Below the pieces are notes generated by a model. That model had not been told where the DNA came from, did no database searches, and worked only from the letters and a program-made list of their open reading frames with translations. The position numbers and the translations under genes are program-made. From Proteiniphilum sp. (lineage in GTDB: Bacteria > Bacteroidota > Bacteroidia > Bacteroidales > Dysgonomonadaceae): a stretch of 64,000 nt of DNA. The stretch spans positions 160,142 through 224,141 of the forward strand of contig NZ_JAYFQD010000010.1 of the NCBI RefSeq assembly GCF_034927365.1. The letters run 5' to 3'. This document shows positions 60,622 through 64,000 of this stretch, piece by piece (the stretch's first letter is position 1; each line of letters begins with the position of its first letter).

Positions 60622-62001
60622 ATGGGAAAGAAAGAAGATTTTTCGATATTATTGGTAGTGATAGTAAGCTCCTTTATGGGAACCTTCTTAATCTCAGCAG
60701 TCAATATCGCGCTGCCGACGATAGAGAGAGACCTGGCTCTCAACGCCATCGAGTTAAGCTGGATTATCACTGCATTTATACTGGCTATGGCGCTTTTCAT
60801 GCTGCCGGCGGGGAGTTGGGGCGACCGGAGTGATAATCGGCGATTATTCCGATTGGGACTGATATTGTTCACCATCTCCTCGGTGATTTGTTATATAGCA
60901 CCTGACGGCCACTGGATGGTTGCGGCCCGTTTCCTGCAGGGTATAGGAGCGGCTTTCACGGGCACTACCGGACAAGCGATCCTGGTCTCGTCGTTTCCAC
61001 CTGAAAAACGGGGACAGGTACTGGGTATCTCCGTATCGTCGGTATATGCAGGACTTGCATTGGGACCACTGATCGGGGGTTTTGTGACCCTTCACATCGG
61101 CTGGCGTTCACTCTTCCTGATAGCTGCCATCTTAGGCTTACTTTCGATCCTCATCTCCTATCTCTTCCTAAAGAGTGAAAAGAATAAGCAAATATCTGCA
61201 AAAGAAGGGGATAAAACAGGGACACTCCTTTTTATGACAGGCCTTGCTGCACTGGTGTACGGTTCTTCCCTGATTCCATCCCCTGCCGGATGGGGATTGA
61301 TAAGCGGGGCAATAATACTGCTTCTTCTTTTCTGGAAATATGAAAGCAAAAAAGCCCACCCTCTCCTCGACACGCGTCTCTACTCTCACAACCGGCTCTT
61401 CACTTACTCCAGCCTCTCGGCCCTCATCAACTATACCGCCACCTTCGCCATTGTCTTTTTCCTCAGCCTATACCTGCAGAAAGTGCAAGGGCTCTCGCCT
61501 CGCGATGCGGGAGCGGTGATCGTGGCGCAACCCACCATGATGGCCCTCTTCTCGCCCATCGTGGGAAGGCTGTCCGACAAGATACAACCTCGCTACTTTG
61601 CCACTACCGGTATGGCCATGTGTACCACCGGCTTAGCGATGCTGACTTTTCTCGGCCCCGGGACTGCCATCTGGATCATTGTAGCCATCCTGATTTGGGT
61701 GGGACTGGGCTTTGCCCTCTTTTCATCTCCCAATATGAATACCATCATGAGTTCGGTAGAGCGAAGACAATACGGACAAGCATCCGGACTTGCCTCCTCC
61801 ATGCGGGTATTTGGACAAATCATCAGCATGAGTATCGTCACACTCATCTTCTCCCTCCTGTTCGGCAACCGATCGATTGAGGAAATACCCAATCCCGTTT
61901 TCCTTCAGGCCATGAGATGGGGATTTATTATCTTCGCCCTAATCGGATTACCGGGTATTTATTTCTCCTTTAACCGGGGGAACCTGAAAAGGAAAGTATA
62001 A
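60622..62001 (+). CDS. MFS transporter (14-TM DHA2-like)
   Basis: Motif A GDRSDNRRLFRLGL. About 14 hydrophobic segments. 459 aa. Confidence 0.8.
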   Translation: MGKKEDFSILLVVIVSSFMGTFLISAVNIALPTIERDLALNAIELSWIITAFILAMALFMLPAGSWGDRSDNRRLFRLGLILFTISSVICYIAPDGHWMVAARFLQGIGAAFTGTTGQAILVSSFPPEKRGQVLGISVSSVYAGLALGPLIGGFVTLHIGWRSLFLIAAILGLLSILISYLFLKSEKNKQISAKEGDKTGTLLFMTGLAALVYGSSLIPSPAGWGLISGAIILLLLFWKYESKKAHPLLDTRLYSHNRLFTYSSLSALINYTATFAIVFFLSLYLQKVQGLSPRDAGAVIVAQPTMMALFSPIVGRLSDKIQPRYFATTGMAMCTTGLAMLTFLGPGTAIWIIVAILIWVGLGFALFSSPNMNTIMSSVERRQYGQASGLASSMRVFGQIISMSIVTLIFSLLFGNRSIEEIPNPVFLQAMRWGFIIFALIGLPGIYFSFNRGNLKRKV

Positions 62002-62090
62002 CGGGTGATTCCGCAAGGAATAAGACTGCATACCGTGATTCCGGGAAATGTAAAGAGATTGATAGATGTTAATTCCGGAACTAAACAGAA

Positions 62091-63905
62091 CTACAACTCT
62101 TCCGACAATATTTTCTGTAACAGATAAGTCGCATTGAGGTTGCGGGAAACCCCATGTTGTATCTTATAACTGTAGTGCTCTCCTTCGGAAAGGGAGATCT
62201 CAAAACAATAATTCTGAAACAGGCCGGGCGACTCATTCTCCAACTTTGCCAGTTCCAGATCGTGGGTGGCAATAACACCTGTTACCGGCAACTCCGTCAT
62301 TTTTTTCAGGAATAATACCGAACCGTCGAGCTTATCTTTTGAGTTGGTCCCTTTCAACAACTCATCTAGTATGATCAATGTATGCCGGTGTCCACGGCAA
62401 TACCTTATCAATTCCCTCATCCTTTCCAGTTCCGCTTTGAAATAAGAGGTTCCTGATGATAGATCATCGGTATTACGCATGCTACTAAACAGGTTGAAAA
62501 GTGTAAAAATATACTTCGTGGCACATACGTTCATACCATTCACTGCAAGAATATAATTAGCACCCAGCGTACGTAAGAAAGTACTCTTTCCGGCCATATT
62601 GGCACCTGTAATGATGAGAAACTGTTTTTTACTGATCAGGATATCATTATCCACCCGTTTTTCCTTGGGTATAAACGGATGTCCCAATCCGGTCGCATCG
62701 ATAAGGATATCCGGCCGATCGGTGATTTCGGGTTTTACAAAATCAGACTTGTTGAACATATAGGTAGCCTGTGACACCCTTGCTTCCATCTCTGCCAATA
62801 CACTGATCCAAGACTTGATATGATCCAGATAGCTATTTTTCCAGCGGTAGAACTGCCGCAATAGAAACAGGTCACGGAGAAAAAAACCATTGAACAGCAC
62901 CAGGATATAGGCATTGTTGCGCTGATCAAATTTTTTCAACAGGGACGACAACTCTTTCAATGCTTCGCGGGAATTATGAGTTCCGAACAATGCCTCTTTT
63001 AAGTTCCGGTTTTCGGCAGCGTCAAACGTTTCCTGATGCAGGATGTGCAACAAATCAGCATGTATCCTGGTATTCTTATGCAGAAAACCGATATCGGAAC
63101 CGACTTTATTCAGGACCTTATTAAAGGTGATCGGGATAAACAGTTGTATCATAAATAAGATGATAAACAGCGACCAGGGCAAGGTACCCCACCAGGCTAA
63201 TAACAGCGATGCCATGGTAATAATGATTGAGGTATAAATAAGTATCAACCCTGTTTTCGAGGTTAGGAAGGCATTGTTGTGCTTATGTTCGGCGATCAGG
63301 CCATAGTTATTTTTCTTTTCATCAAATCCTTTACAGAGAGCCATATACTGATGCCTGAAATCATCCTTCCGCACCAATTCCGAAAGGGACTCCTGTCTCT
63401 CCACAATCTCAACTTCATTGCCGGGGATCGAACTCATTTTCTCAGCCAGAATGGAACCGGCTTCATGGGTGACCGTCCTGTTGACCATATGATAAATGGA
63501 ATTTGCACCAAAAACATCGAGATCGTAAGAATAGGGATGTTTTTTATTGATAAAACGCTCTCCGTTATCGAATGGAGTGTAGTCGCCTTCTAAAAAGCTT
63601 ATTTCATTGGTGTAAACACTCTGCAAAGCCAAATGGTAATCCCTCTTTTGCAAATAATGCTCATCCCATTTGTACAGCAAGGAGAAAACCACGAGCGAGA
63701 GTGCGGCTGCTATAAAACAAACCGTCCGATCCCAACCCAATTGGAAAGTTGCTACCACCAGAAAAATGGCCGCGAGAAAGAACACAAGTTTCAGGAACGG
63801 AAATATCCTCAACCGGGATTTCACCTTATCCAACACTATGTTATTCTCATCAATCTTCTTTGTATAATAATCCTTATTCATTTCTATATCATCTATTGAT
63901 CTCAA
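62091..63905 (-). CDS. MutS domain V family ATPase with N-terminal transmembrane region (MutS-related protein)
   Basis: Walker A ITGANMAGKSTFLRTLG. Downstream ...LILDELLKGTNS... (Walker B / DE). Two or more N-terminal TM helices (FPFLKLVFFLAAIFLVVATF). 604 aa. Confidence 0.75.
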   Translation of the reverse strand: MRSIDDIEMNKDYYTKKIDENNIVLDKVKSRLRIFPFLKLVFFLAAIFLVVATFQLGWDRTVCFIAAALSLVVFSLLYKWDEHYLQKRDYHLALQSVYTNEISFLEGDYTPFDNGERFINKKHPYSYDLDVFGANSIYHMVNRTVTHEAGSILAEKMSSIPGNEVEIVERQESLSELVRKDDFRHQYMALCKGFDEKKNNYGLIAEHKHNNAFLTSKTGLILIYTSIIITMASLLLAWWGTLPWSLFIILFMIQLFIPITFNKVLNKVGSDIGFLHKNTRIHADLLHILHQETFDAAENRNLKEALFGTHNSREALKELSSLLKKFDQRNNAYILVLFNGFFLRDLFLLRQFYRWKNSYLDHIKSWISVLAEMEARVSQATYMFNKSDFVKPEITDRPDILIDATGLGHPFIPKEKRVDNDILISKKQFLIITGANMAGKSTFLRTLGANYILAVNGMNVCATKYIFTLFNLFSSMRNTDDLSSGTSYFKAELERMRELIRYCRGHRHTLIILDELLKGTNSKDKLDGSVLFLKKMTELPVTGVIATHDLELAKLENESPGLFQNYCFEISLSEGEHYSYKIQHGVSRNLNATYLLQKILSEEL

Positions 63906-63954
63906 GCAATCGCCAAAGGTACAATTTTTTCGAGTTTCTATGTTATTGTTTTAC

Positions 63955-64000
63955 TCATTGGCATATTGGCACATTGGCACATTAGCATATTGGCATATTG
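63955..64000 (+). repeat. Family A 8-bp tandem array, ATTGGCAY orientation, running off the window end
   Basis: tcattggcatattggcacattggcacattagcatattggcatattg. Confidence 0.85.

Overview
The window is 64 kb of dense, mostly core chromosome from a Bacteroidales-type genome (Tannerella/Parabacteroides-like, about 45% GC). Its centrepiece is an 11-gene block (12030-26957) for peptidoglycan (PG) turnover and MurNAc salvage. The core of that block, AmpG / NamZ (DUF1343) / MurT-position membrane protein / BadF-type kinase / MurQ, has the gene order I recall for the Tannerella forsythia MurNAc scavenging locus. Around that core sit less-described companions: a 1014-aa amidase_3 + Fn3 protein, a two-domain GT2, a SpoIID/LytB protein, an HGGG esterase and a FemAB-like protein. 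Housekeeping genes I recognise from motifs: miaA (5' part), rpoN, gcvH, purE, M49 DPP-III, folC, thyA-folA, pyrB-pyrI, metA, cdsA, galE, tricorn-like S41 protease, relA/spoT, folK, plsC, patatin, GH2 beta-mannosidase-like, MFS, and a MutS-domain protein. The most unusual non-coding signal is at least three families of short intergenic tandem repeats. Family A is an 8-bp [ATTGGCAY]n array at eight loci. Family B is a 14-15-bp AGTCTTGGYTCTAA array filling the 5' leaders of purE, thyA and namZ. Family C is a GAATAACNNGCGAAGC module at two loci. I also flag a candidate small RNA or leader at about 52.0 kb. I found no CRISPR array, rRNA, tRNA or transposase. Gene identities are called by eye from motifs, not from a database search.
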